From an uncultured Bacteroidales bacterium (GTDB lineage Bacteria > Bacteroidota > Bacteroidia > Bacteroidales > Bacteroidaceae): DNA of 64,000 nt. The notes beneath the pieces were generated by a model. It was given only the letters and a program-made list of their open reading frames with translations. It was not told the DNA's origin and searched no databases. The translations under genes and the position numbers were made by a program. The DNA is taken from contig CADCLI010000001.1 in assembly GCA_902802285.1 (NCBI GenBank), positions 4,010-68,009 of the forward strand. The letters are read 5' to 3'. Below, piece after piece: positions 19,325-28,003 of this stretch (position 1 is its first letter; each line of letters begins with the position of its first letter).

Positions 19325-20443
19325 ATGAAACTATCACAATTCAAATTCAAACTCCCCGAAGACAGGATTGCACAGTATCCTGTAGAACACCGCGACGAGT
19401 CAAGACTGATGGTCGTGCACAAGAAATCGGATGAAATAGAACACGTGCTGTTCAAGGACATCCTTAACTTCTTTGATGAAAAGGACGTTTTTGTATTCAA
19501 TGACACCCGCGTATTCCCTGCCCGTATGTACGGCAACAAGGAGAAGACCGGTGCCCAGATTGAGGTATTCCTGCTGCGTGAACTTCGTGAGGAGAACCAG
19601 CTGTGGGATGTCCAGGTGGATCCGGCACGCAAGATACGTATCGGAAACAAACTCTATTTCGGCGAAGACAACTCTATGGTGGCCGAAGTGATTGACAACA
19701 CCACGTCAAGGGGTCGTGTACTGAGATTCCTGTATGACGGTCCTCATGACGAGTTCAAGAAGGCACTATATGCATTGGGCGAAGCACCTATACCAACTTA
19801 TCTCAAGCGTAAGGCATGCGCCTGGACTTTTGACGATGATGGAAAGATTATAACAAAGCCCATGTCCCAGAGAGAGAACGGGGATTTTTGTGATGAAGAG
19901 AGTTTCCAGACCATATTCGCCACAAACGAAGGTGCCGTAACCGCACCTACGGCCGGCCTTCATTTCAGCCGCGAACTTCTGAAACGCATGGAGATTAAAG
20001 GCATAGACCGTGCATTCATCACAATGCATTGCGGTCTAGGCAATTTCCGTGAGATTGACGTTGAGGACCTGACCAAGCACAAGATGGAGTCCGAGGAGAT
20101 GTACGTTACCCAGGAGTGCACCGAGATAGTGAACAATGCCAAACTGGGCGGCCACAAGATATGCGCCATAGGCAACACCGTGAATCGCGCCCTTGAGACC
20201 GTTGTGGGTACAGACCACCTGATCAAACCGTTTGACGGCTGGACCAACAAGTTCATATTCCCGCCATACACATTCAGTGTTGCAGACAGCATGGTAAGCA
20301 ACTTCCAGTTGCCGGAGTCCATTCAGCTCATGCTCACCTGTGCATACGGCGGATATGAGAAGATCATGGCCGCATACAACCTGGCCGTAAAGGATGGTTA
20401 CAGGTTTGGCTGCTACGGAGATGCAATGCTGATAACAGACTGA
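19325..20443 (+). CDS. queA: S-adenosylmethionine:tRNA ribosyltransferase-isomerase
   Basis: N-terminal FKFKLPEDRIAQYP and the motif VTAPTAGLHFS. The length is 372 aa. Confidence 0.9.
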   Translation: MKLSQFKFKLPEDRIAQYPVEHRDESRLMVVHKKSDEIEHVLFKDILNFFDEKDVFVFNDTRVFPARMYGNKEKTGAQIEVFLLRELREENQLWDVQVDPARKIRIGNKLYFGEDNSMVAEVIDNTTSRGRVLRFLYDGPHDEFKKALYALGEAPIPTYLKRKACAWTFDDDGKIITKPMSQRENGDFCDEESFQTIFATNEGAVTAPTAGLHFSRELLKRMEIKGIDRAFITMHCGLGNFREIDVEDLTKHKMESEEMYVTQECTEIVNNAKLGGHKICAIGNTVNRALETVVGTDHLIKPFDGWTNKFIFPPYTFSVADSMVSNFQLPESIQLMLTCAYGGYEKIMAAYNLAVKDGYRFGCYGDAMLITD

Positions 20444-20452
20444 TTTACGCCG

Positions 20453-20878
20453 ATGGCACAACTGTACCTTTCTCTTGGAACCAATCTGGGCAACAGGCGC
20501 TCCAATCTGGATACCGCCCTGGACCTGATTGCCCGTGAGGTAGGTATCATAAAGGCCAGGTCTAGCGTGATTGAGACAGAGCCTTGGGGGTTTGACAGCC
20601 CCAACAGTTTTCTGAACATGGCTATACTGGTACAGACGGACCTCAAGCCCCTGGAAGTACTTGACAGGACCCAAAGGATTGAGAAGGATATGGGGAGGAC
20701 TTCAAAGACCGGTGCAGACGGTTACCATGACAGGATCATAGACATTGACATACTCCTGTACGATGACCTGACTATGGATACCCCCAGACTGACAATACCC
20801 CATCCACGAATGTATCAGAGGAGATTTGTAATGGAGCCGCTTGCCCAGATAGCTCCGCATATTGTAAAGGACTATTGA
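20453..20878 (+). CDS. folK: 2-amino-4-hydroxy-6-hydroxymethyldihydropteridine diphosphokinase
   Basis: LSLGTNLGNR, ETEPWGF, RIIDIDILLY and IPHPRM motifs. Confidence 0.85.
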   Translation: MAQLYLSLGTNLGNRRSNLDTALDLIAREVGIIKARSSVIETEPWGFDSPNSFLNMAILVQTDLKPLEVLDRTQRIEKDMGRTSKTGADGYHDRIIDIDILLYDDLTMDTPRLTIPHPRMYQRRFVMEPLAQIAPHIVKDY

Positions 20879-20880
20879 TT

Positions 20881-21012
20881 ATGGCTGACAATTATCTGGA
20901 GAATCATTATGATGATTATCTCAAGCGCAAGGCCGCCTGGGAGAAATCACAGAAGCACGGAAAGTTTAAGACCAAGCCTGACGTTCATAGGCCTGATGAT
21001 GAAGCATTATAA
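20881..21012 (+). CDS. Small basic protein (43 aa), not in the ORF track
   Basis: An ATG at 20881 lies 2 nt after the folK stop. The ORF reads MADNYLENHYDDYLKRKAAWEKSQKHGKFKTKPDVHRPDDEAL and ends with taa at 21010-21012. It fills the folK-licD gap almost exactly. The N-terminus resembles a small conserved Bacteroidetes protein family that I recall only vaguely. Confidence 0.4.
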   Translation: MADNYLENHYDDYLKRKAAWEKSQKHGKFKTKPDVHRPDDEAL

Positions 21013-21034
21013 CAACCGTTAAAACCGGATTCCT

Positions 21035-21859
21035 ATGAAAGAGATGACTCTTAAGGACATTCAGGATGTATCGCTCCGGATACTCAAGACGGTGCACGGT
21101 TTCTGCGTTGAGAACGGCATCAGGTACTCATTGGCATACGGCACACTGATAGGAGCCGTACGCCATAAGGGGTTTGTCCCATGGGACGATGACCTGGATA
21201 TCATCATGCCAAGGCCGGACTATGACAGGTTCTGCAGTACATTCCGGGCCCAAGGGTATCAGGTGGTCTCCAGACAGAACCGCAAAGACTGCTTTATCCC
21301 CTTTGCCAGGGTCTGTGACACAGTATCCACATGCTTAATGACCATGGAACCATGGATCAGACAGCAGGGTGACCTGGGAGTCTGGATAGACATCTTTCCG
21401 GTCGATGCCGCCCCCGATGACAGGGATGCTTTCCATAATCTGTATCTCAAGGCAAGCCATCATCATGCCAAGTCCATAATGGCACGCAGGCCATTTAGGT
21501 CATTGACCGGAAGCAAGCCTTTAAAGTACAATCTCAACACTATTAAAAAGAGAATCTTTGCCCTGTTCCGGCATTCACCGGAATATCATCTTGACGCAAT
21601 GCAACAGATCATAGGCATGACTCCGTACGGGTCTACCTGCCATCTGGCTCAATTTGCATATCCCGCCAAAGAGGAGTACTTTGACGCCAAGGTTATGGAC
21701 GGATACCATCTTACGGATTTTGAGGACTCAAGGTTCTACGTCATTGACAGATATGACGAATTACTCAGGATGGAGTACGGTGATTATATGACACTGCCTC
21801 CTTTAGACCAGCAGAAACCCCAACAGGATTACATAACAATTTTTTGGAAGGACAAATAA
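21035..21859 (+). CDS. licD: LicD-family phospho(no)-head-group transferase
   Basis: YSLAYGTLIGAVRHKGFVPWDDDLDI and C-terminal EYGDYMTLPP, the LicD/FKTN-type nucleotidyltransferase-fold signature. Confidence 0.8.
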   Translation: MKEMTLKDIQDVSLRILKTVHGFCVENGIRYSLAYGTLIGAVRHKGFVPWDDDLDIIMPRPDYDRFCSTFRAQGYQVVSRQNRKDCFIPFARVCDTVSTCLMTMEPWIRQQGDLGVWIDIFPVDAAPDDRDAFHNLYLKASHHHAKSIMARRPFRSLTGSKPLKYNLNTIKKRIFALFRHSPEYHLDAMQQIIGMTPYGSTCHLAQFAYPAKEEYFDAKVMDGYHLTDFEDSRFYVIDRYDELLRMEYGDYMTLPPLDQQKPQQDYITIFWKDK

Positions 21860-21879
21860 AAACATAATTAACTGACCTT

Positions 21880-23889
21880 ATGAAAGCTATTATACTGAAT
21901 TCAGGATTAGGACACAGGATGGGATCCATTACCGACACCCATCCCAAGTGTATGACTGAGATCTCATCGGACAACACAATCCTGAGCCGTCAGCTCAAGA
22001 AACTGGTGGCATTCGGAATTAACCAGGTGGTAATGACCACGGGATATTATAACAGCATCCTTGAGGAGTACTGCAGCGGCTTGCATCTGCCCATAAGATT
22101 CACCTTTGTAAACAATCCGGTTTACGACAAGACAAATTACATATACAGTATCTATTGCGCCAAGGACCTGCTCAAGGATGATGACGTAATCCTTATGCAC
22201 GGCGACCTGGTGTTTGAGCCGCTGGTATTGGAAGCAATACTCAAAAGCGATGTCAGTTGCATGGCTGTAAGCAGTACACTGCCATTACCTGAGAAAGACT
22301 TCAAAGCCGTTATAAAAGACGGCCGTATAGAGAAAGTAGGCATTGAGTTCTTTGACAATGCTATGGCAGCCCAGCCCCTCTACAAACTGCTTAAGGAGGA
22401 CTGGCTGGTATGGCTTGAGGCTATAGAGCGTTTCTGTGAGAACGATGACCGCAAATGCTATGCCGAGAATGCTTTCAACCAGGTATCGGACCGTTGCCGC
22501 ATCTATCCTGTAGATGTCAGGGATATGCTCTGTGCAGAGATTGACACCCCGCAGGATCTTGAGGTTGTCAGCGCCCGTGTCAAGGAGGTCAACAACCGTA
22601 CGGTCTACATGTGCTGCTCGACCGACTACATTCACAGCGGACACATTGCCATAATAAAAAAAGCCTGCCGTTTGGGCCGATTGACGATTGGTGTACTGTC
22701 AGATGAGGCGGTAGCCAGTTACAAGCGTTATCCGCTGCTTCCGTTTGATGAACGCAAATCGCTGTTTGAGAACATAGCCGGAGTTGAGAAGGTTGTAGAA
22801 CAGAAGTCCCTGAGCTATGCCGATAATTTGAGGCTACTGAAACCTGATTATGTAGTTCATGGTGATGATTGGGTGGAGGGATTCCAGAAACCTATCCGCG
22901 AAGAGGTAATCGGAGTACTTAAGGAGTACGGCGGAAAACTGGTTGAATACCCTTACTCATCGGACCCCAAATACAAACAGCTGGACTCCACCCTGCGTGC
23001 CGAATTGGCTATGCCCGATATGCGCAGAGGGAGACTTCGCAAGCTCATCAGCATGAAGGGACTGGTAACCGCAATGGAAGCCCACAGCGGTATCACAGGT
23101 CTGATAGTTGAGAAAACTACCGTGCTTCAGGACGGCAAGACCTACCAGTTTGACGCCATGTGGATAAGTTCGCTGTGCGACTCCACCGCCAAGGGCAAAC
23201 CCGATATTGAGCTTGTGGATATGACCAGCCGTTTCCGCACCATTGATGACATAATGGAGGTAACCACCAAGCCTATCATATTTGACGGTGATACCGGCGG
23301 ATTGACCGAGCATTTTGTATATACGGTCCGTTCACTTGAACGCATGGGTGTATCTATGGTTATCATTGAGGACAAGACAGGACTCAAGAAAAACTCCCTG
23401 TTCGGCACTGAGGTAAAGCAGACTCAGGATTCAATTGAGAACTTCTGCGAGAAGATAAAAGCCGGAAAGCGTGCCCAGAAGACCAAGGAGTTCATGATAT
23501 GCGCCCGCATTGAGAGCCTCATCCTGGAGCAGGGGATGGAGGATGCACTGAAACGTGCGTTCGCGTTTACCGCCGCCGGAGCCGACGCCATAATGATACA
23601 CTCGCGCAAAAAGGATCCCGCCGAGATATTTGAGTTTGTGGAGAAGTTCCGTAAGGAGAACAAGGTCACCCCGATTGTGGTGGTACCGACATCATTCAAC
23701 ACCGTGACAGAGGATGAGTTCAAACAGCGCGGAGTCAATGTGGTGATTTATGCCAACCAACTGACCCGCACAGGATTCCCCGCCATGCAGGATGCGGCAC
23801 GCACCATACTGGAGAACCACCGCGCCAAGGAGTGCGATGACAAGTGTATGTCAATCAAGGATATAATAACACTTATTCCCGAAGAATAA
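21880..23889 (+). CDS. aepX: Tri-domain fusion: LicC-like NTP-transferase + TagD-like cytidylyltransferase + phosphoenolpyruvate mutase
   Basis: Residues 1 to about 237: MKAIILNSGLGHRMG...FVNNPVYDKTNYIYS, LicC/NTP_transf_3-like. Residues about 240-370: VYMCCSTDYIHSGHIAIIKKA, the HxGH cytidylyltransferase motif. Residues about 375-669: GLVTAMEAHSGITGLI...FDAMWISSLCDSTAKGKPDIELV...IIFDGDTGG...IIEDK, PEP mutase/isocitrate-lyase fold. Confidence 0.85.
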   Translation: MKAIILNSGLGHRMGSITDTHPKCMTEISSDNTILSRQLKKLVAFGINQVVMTTGYYNSILEEYCSGLHLPIRFTFVNNPVYDKTNYIYSIYCAKDLLKDDDVILMHGDLVFEPLVLEAILKSDVSCMAVSSTLPLPEKDFKAVIKDGRIEKVGIEFFDNAMAAQPLYKLLKEDWLVWLEAIERFCENDDRKCYAENAFNQVSDRCRIYPVDVRDMLCAEIDTPQDLEVVSARVKEVNNRTVYMCCSTDYIHSGHIAIIKKACRLGRLTIGVLSDEAVASYKRYPLLPFDERKSLFENIAGVEKVVEQKSLSYADNLRLLKPDYVVHGDDWVEGFQKPIREEVIGVLKEYGGKLVEYPYSSDPKYKQLDSTLRAELAMPDMRRGRLRKLISMKGLVTAMEAHSGITGLIVEKTTVLQDGKTYQFDAMWISSLCDSTAKGKPDIELVDMTSRFRTIDDIMEVTTKPIIFDGDTGGLTEHFVYTVRSLERMGVSMVIIEDKTGLKKNSLFGTEVKQTQDSIENFCEKIKAGKRAQKTKEFMICARIESLILEQGMEDALKRAFAFTAAGADAIMIHSRKKDPAEIFEFVEKFRKENKVTPIVVVPTSFNTVTEDEFKQRGVNVVIYANQLTRTGFPAMQDAARTILENHRAKECDDKCMSIKDIITLIPEE

Positions 23890-23895
23890 ACCGAT

Positions 23896-25026
23896 ATGAT
23901 AAGACCTGAATTCTTTATAGAGGCCCTCAGACAGAAAGGGATTGACTGTTTTGCCGGTGTGCCGGACAGCCTGCTCAAGAACATATGCGCCTACATAACA
24001 GACCACTTTGATGCCAGTCATAACATAATTGCTGCAAATGAAGGTGCTGCCGTAGGATTTGCCGCAGGTCACTATCTGGCCACAGGACAGCCGGCCTGCG
24101 TATATATGCAGAACAGCGGTGAAGGCAACATAATCAACCCTCTGGCATCACTTACAGACCGTGAAGTCTATAACATTCCGGTGCTGTTGCTTATAGGCTG
24201 GCGCGGTCGGCCCGGAGTCCATGACGAGCCCCAGCACGTAAAGCAGGGTAAGGTTACAACCGGTCTGCTCAATGTAATGGGTGTCAACTACGAGGTTCTG
24301 AGCAAAGAAGAGGACAAGGCTGCAAAGCAGATAGAAAAGGCTGCATCGGCACTCCTTGACAACGAGGTCTTTGCCCTGGTGATAGAGAAGGATACGTTTG
24401 ATGAGTACAAACTTCAGAACGTCAATGCCAATGACCTGACCATGACACGTGAAGAGGCTATCCAGACTGTGGCATCGGCCTTATCATCCAAAGACGTGAT
24501 AGTAAGCACCACCGGTATGATAAGCCGTGAGTTGTTTGAAGCACGTGCTGCATGGGGGCAGGGTCACGAACGTGATTTCCTGACAGTAGGCTCAATGGGA
24601 CATGCCAGCCAGATTGCATTAGGGATTGCCTTAGAGAAGACAGACCGTAGGATATGGTGTTTTGACGGTGACGGAGCCACAATAATGCACATGGGTTCAA
24701 TGGCAATAGTGGCCAGCAAGAAACCGGCCAACTACATACACGTGGTATTCAACAACGGAGCCCACGATTCCGTAGGCGGTCAACCAACTGTAGGACTTGC
24801 CATAGACCTTCCGGCAGTAGCCAAAGCCCTGGGTTATTCCGCAGCATTCAGTGTAAGCACCATACAGGAACTAAAATCTCAACTCTCAATTCTCAACTCT
24901 CAATTCTCAGAAGGTCCGGTACTGATTGAAGTAAAGGTAAAGAAAGGCAACCGCAAGGACCTGGGCCGTCCCACCACGACCCCCATAGAGAACAGGGATG
25001 CGCTGATGCAGTTCCTAAAGAAATGA
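23896..25026 (+). CDS. aepY: Phosphonopyruvate decarboxylase (TPP-dependent)
   Basis: 376 aa. Shows the TPP-binding motif CFDGDGATIMHMGS...VFNNGAHDSVGGQ. It lies immediately downstream of PEP mutase. Confidence 0.85.
   Translation: MIRPEFFIEALRQKGIDCFAGVPDSLLKNICAYITDHFDASHNIIAANEGAAVGFAAGHYLATGQPACVYMQNSGEGNIINPLASLTDREVYNIPVLLLIGWRGRPGVHDEPQHVKQGKVTTGLLNVMGVNYEVLSKEEDKAAKQIEKAASALLDNEVFALVIEKDTFDEYKLQNVNANDLTMTREEAIQTVASALSSKDVIVSTTGMISRELFEARAAWGQGHERDFLTVGSMGHASQIALGIALEKTDRRIWCFDGDGATIMHMGSMAIVASKKPANYIHVVFNNGAHDSVGGQPTVGLAIDLPAVAKALGYSAAFSVSTIQELKSQLSILNSQFSEGPVLIEVKVKKGNRKDLGRPTTTPIENRDALMQFLKK
24876..24909 (+). repeat. Imperfect heptanucleotide tract (YTCTCAA)x5 inside aepY
   Basis: The sequence is atctcaa ctctcaa ttctcaa ctctcaa ttctca, encoding SQLSILNSQFS. 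The same ttctcaa unit forms the tails of the dispersed repeat at 19283-19298 (reverse complement) and 47885-47915. Confidence 0.75.
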
Positions 25027-25030
25027 CATT

Positions 25031-26170
25031 ATGCAGAATATAATACAAGGCATAGACAAACTGCAGGATCTGGTCAGGACCATAGGGAGCCGTAAGCTGT
25101 TCATGGTCATAGACTCGTCATACCCGTTCCTTAACATAAAGGATAGGATTGAGGAGATAACCGTGCCTAAGGTCTGTTTCTCTGATTTCAGGCCTAACCC
25201 CCTGTATGAAGACGTGTGCAAAGGCATAGACCTGTTCCATAAGGAGGAGTGCGATGCCATACTGGCCGTAGGCGGCGGCAGCTCCATTGATGTGGCCAAA
25301 TGCATAAAGCTGGCTGTTTTAGCCCGTGAAGGACGTGAAGGGCTTATCCCTCCGCTGGTATCAAAGCGTCTTGATATAGACGGATCACGTATTCCGTTAA
25401 TTGCCATCCCCACAACGGCCGGTACCGGCAGCGAGTCAACCCACAATGCCGTAATGTATTATCAGGGCTCAAAGCAGACCGTAACCAATGACGGCGTCCT
25501 GCCCGATTATGCCCTGCTTGAGCCAAAAGTCCTGGCCACACTACCCCTCTACCAGAAAAAATGCACTATGATGGATGCCCTGTGTCAGGGTATTGAGAGC
25601 TGGTGGTCAGTAAACTCAACCGATGAGAGCAAGGGCTATGCCAAAATAGCAGTGGAACTCATTACCCAATACTGGCGCAAGTACATATTTGACAATGATG
25701 CCGATGCTGCCGCAAACATAATGCTGGCTGCCAACTATGCAGGCCGGGCCATAAACATATCGGCCACAACCGCAGCCCACGCCATGAGCTACAAGATAAC
25801 GTCAATGTACAAACTTCCTCATGGTCACGCAGTCGCAGTCTGCCTCCCGGAGATATGGGAATACATGACAGCCCATCCGGAACACTGCATCGACCCCAGA
25901 GGCAAGGAGTATCTGACCGATATCTTCAACCAAATATCTGAAAGTCTTGGAACAGCCGGACCAAAGGATTCGATAGTCTTTGTCCGCCAAATGATGAAAG
26001 AGATGGATATGGAGAATCCTGTTGCCGTCAACAGGGAACAGGAACTGGGACTGCTTACCGAATCGGTCAATCCGGTCAGACTCAAGAACAACCCGGTGGA
26101 ACTGACACGGGATACTCTATGCAACCTTTATGGTATTATCGTAAAAAGATCCGTTGTATTACATTGTTAA
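25031..26170 (+). CDS. Iron-containing (group III) alcohol dehydrogenase; candidate phosphonoacetaldehyde reductase
   Basis: AVGGGSSIDVAKC, and His-rich metal-site regions (TAAHAMSY, PHGHAVAV). The function is inferred from its position directly after Ppm-Ppd. Confidence 0.7.
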   Translation: MQNIIQGIDKLQDLVRTIGSRKLFMVIDSSYPFLNIKDRIEEITVPKVCFSDFRPNPLYEDVCKGIDLFHKEECDAILAVGGGSSIDVAKCIKLAVLAREGREGLIPPLVSKRLDIDGSRIPLIAIPTTAGTGSESTHNAVMYYQGSKQTVTNDGVLPDYALLEPKVLATLPLYQKKCTMMDALCQGIESWWSVNSTDESKGYAKIAVELITQYWRKYIFDNDADAAANIMLAANYAGRAINISATTAAHAMSYKITSMYKLPHGHAVAVCLPEIWEYMTAHPEHCIDPRGKEYLTDIFNQISESLGTAGPKDSIVFVRQMMKEMDMENPVAVNREQELGLLTESVNPVRLKNNPVELTRDTLCNLYGIIVKRSVVLHC

Positions 26171-26188
26171 ACAAATAACAGAAACACA

Positions 26189-28003
26189 ATGCAGGCAATA
26201 ATATTAGCAGCTGGAATGGGTAAAAGACTTGGTGAACTCACCAAGGATAACACCAAATGCATGATTGAGGTTAATGGGCAAAAGCTTATTGACAGAATGC
26301 TTGGCCAGCTGGCCAAGCTAAATCTGAAAAGAGTTATTATCGTCGTAGGTTATCAAGCCGAAAACCTGATAAACCATTTAGGTCATAGATATGACGATAT
26401 GCTAAATATTGAGTTTGTATTTAACCCTATCTATGATAAGACAAACAATATCTATTCTCTTGCCCTTGCTAAAGAAAAATTGCAGGAAGATGATACCCTC
26501 CTACTGGAAAGCGACTTGATATTTGAAGATCGTATGCTTAGATTGCTTACAGACAATCCATACCCTAATCTGGCTCTGGTGGCCAAATATGAAACATGGA
26601 TGGACGGAACTATGGTACGCATTGACAGCGAAAAAAATATAGTTAGTTTTGTTCCAAAAAAAGCATTCCGGTACAGTGACGTGCCTTACTATTACAAGAC
26701 ATGCAATATTTATAAATTCAGTAAAGAGTTCTCATGTAACCAATACGTTCCGTTTTTGGAAGCATACAGCAAGGCAATGGGCGACAATGAGTATTACGAG
26801 CAAGTTTTGCGCGTAATCACGGCTTTGGACAAATCAACACTCAGGGCTCTTCCCATCACAGACGAAAAATGGTACGAGATTGATGATATTCAGGACCGCG
26901 ACATCGCTGAAATCAAGTTCTCTGTAGGAACAGATATGCTAAAACGTTTCCATCAGTGTTATGGAGGCTACTGGAGATTCCCGCAAATGAAAGATTTCTG
27001 TTATTTAGTCAATCCATTCTTCCCAACAGACCGCATGAAGGATGAATTACGCGCTAATTTTGACACTCTGCTCACAGAATATCCTTCTGGAATGACGGTT
27101 AACTCTCTGCTTGCAGGGAAGTATTTCGGTATTAGACAAGAGTTAGTATGTGTAGGCAACGGTGCAGCCGAACTGATAAAATGTCTTATAGAGAACCACT
27201 GCTCTGGTAAAATCGGTTTCGTATTTCCTACCTTTGAAGAGTACCCTAACCGTACGAACCCGGACAACAGGATAATATTCACTCCTTCCAATCCCGATTT
27301 CAGTTATTCAGCTCACGACCTTAAACAGTTCTTCAAGGATAAGGGAATAAGAAACCTTCTTATCATCAACCCCGACAATCCATCTGGCAATTATATTCCG
27401 TTCAATGAACTGAGACAACTTATTGAGTGGACTGCTGAGAACTCCATCAACCTGATAGTAGATGAAAGTTTTGTCGATTTCACCGACAATCACGCTACTG
27501 CATCCTTGCTTCATAATGATATTCTCCTGTCCAATCCACACCTGACAGTTGTTAAGTCCATAAGCAAATCATATGGAGTTCCTGGACTGAGACTAGGAAT
27601 AGTAGCATCGGGCAATACCGTAATGATGGATGAAATACGCAAAGAGGTGGCCATTTGGAACATCAACTCATTTGCAGAGTTTTATATGCAGATATTCAAC
27701 AAATATGAGAAAGATTTCCTTGAGGCATGTGACAAGTTCATAGCAGAGAGAAGTCTCTTCTTTAAGGAACTTAGCGCCATAACTTTCTTGCGTGTAATAC
27801 CTTCACAGGCCAATTATTTCCTGTGCGAAATCATAGATAAGTACACATCGGCTCAACTTACAGGAAAACTTCTGGAGGAAAGCAATATTCTTATCAAGGA
27901 CTGCGGACAGAAAAGTGCTTTTGCCGGCAAGAACTATATAAGGATTGCCATAAGAGACAGAGAGGACAACAGCAAACTGGTTCAAAAACTAAGAGAACTA
28001 TGA
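26189..28003 (+). CDS. Fusion: LicC-type nucleotidyltransferase + class I/II (HisC/CobD-like) PLP aminotransferase/decarboxylase
   Basis: N-terminal MQAIILAAGMGKRLG...FVFNPIYDKTNNIYS is paralogous to the N-terminus of the Ppm fusion. The C-terminal domain carries NPDNPSGN and the PLP-lysine motif SISKSYGVPGLRLG. Confidence 0.75.
   Translation: MQAIILAAGMGKRLGELTKDNTKCMIEVNGQKLIDRMLGQLAKLNLKRVIIVVGYQAENLINHLGHRYDDMLNIEFVFNPIYDKTNNIYSLALAKEKLQEDDTLLLESDLIFEDRMLRLLTDNPYPNLALVAKYETWMDGTMVRIDSEKNIVSFVPKKAFRYSDVPYYYKTCNIYKFSKEFSCNQYVPFLEAYSKAMGDNEYYEQVLRVITALDKSTLRALPITDEKWYEIDDIQDRDIAEIKFSVGTDMLKRFHQCYGGYWRFPQMKDFCYLVNPFFPTDRMKDELRANFDTLLTEYPSGMTVNSLLAGKYFGIRQELVCVGNGAAELIKCLIENHCSGKIGFVFPTFEEYPNRTNPDNRIIFTPSNPDFSYSAHDLKQFFKDKGIRNLLIINPDNPSGNYIPFNELRQLIEWTAENSINLIVDESFVDFTDNHATASLLHNDILLSNPHLTVVKSISKSYGVPGLRLGIVASGNTVMMDEIRKEVAIWNINSFAEFYMQIFNKYEKDFLEACDKFIAERSLFFKELSAITFLRVIPSQANYFLCEIIDKYTSAQLTGKLLEESNILIKDCGQKSAFAGKNYIRIAIRDREDNSKLVQKLREL

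Noticed and set aside
19814-19894. Apparent insertion of about 25 aa in QueA (KACAWTFDDDGKIITKPMSQRENGDFCDE) between the PxYLKR and FQTIFA blocks.
   Set aside because: The judgement rests only on my memory of typical QueA spacing. Without an alignment I cannot tell whether this is clade-typical, so its value is low.
20879-21034. Invertible promoter or UpxY-type regulatory region upstream of the glycan locus.
   Set aside because: The gap is almost entirely filled by a small ORF. No inverted repeats typical of Bacteroides invertible promoters are visible here.
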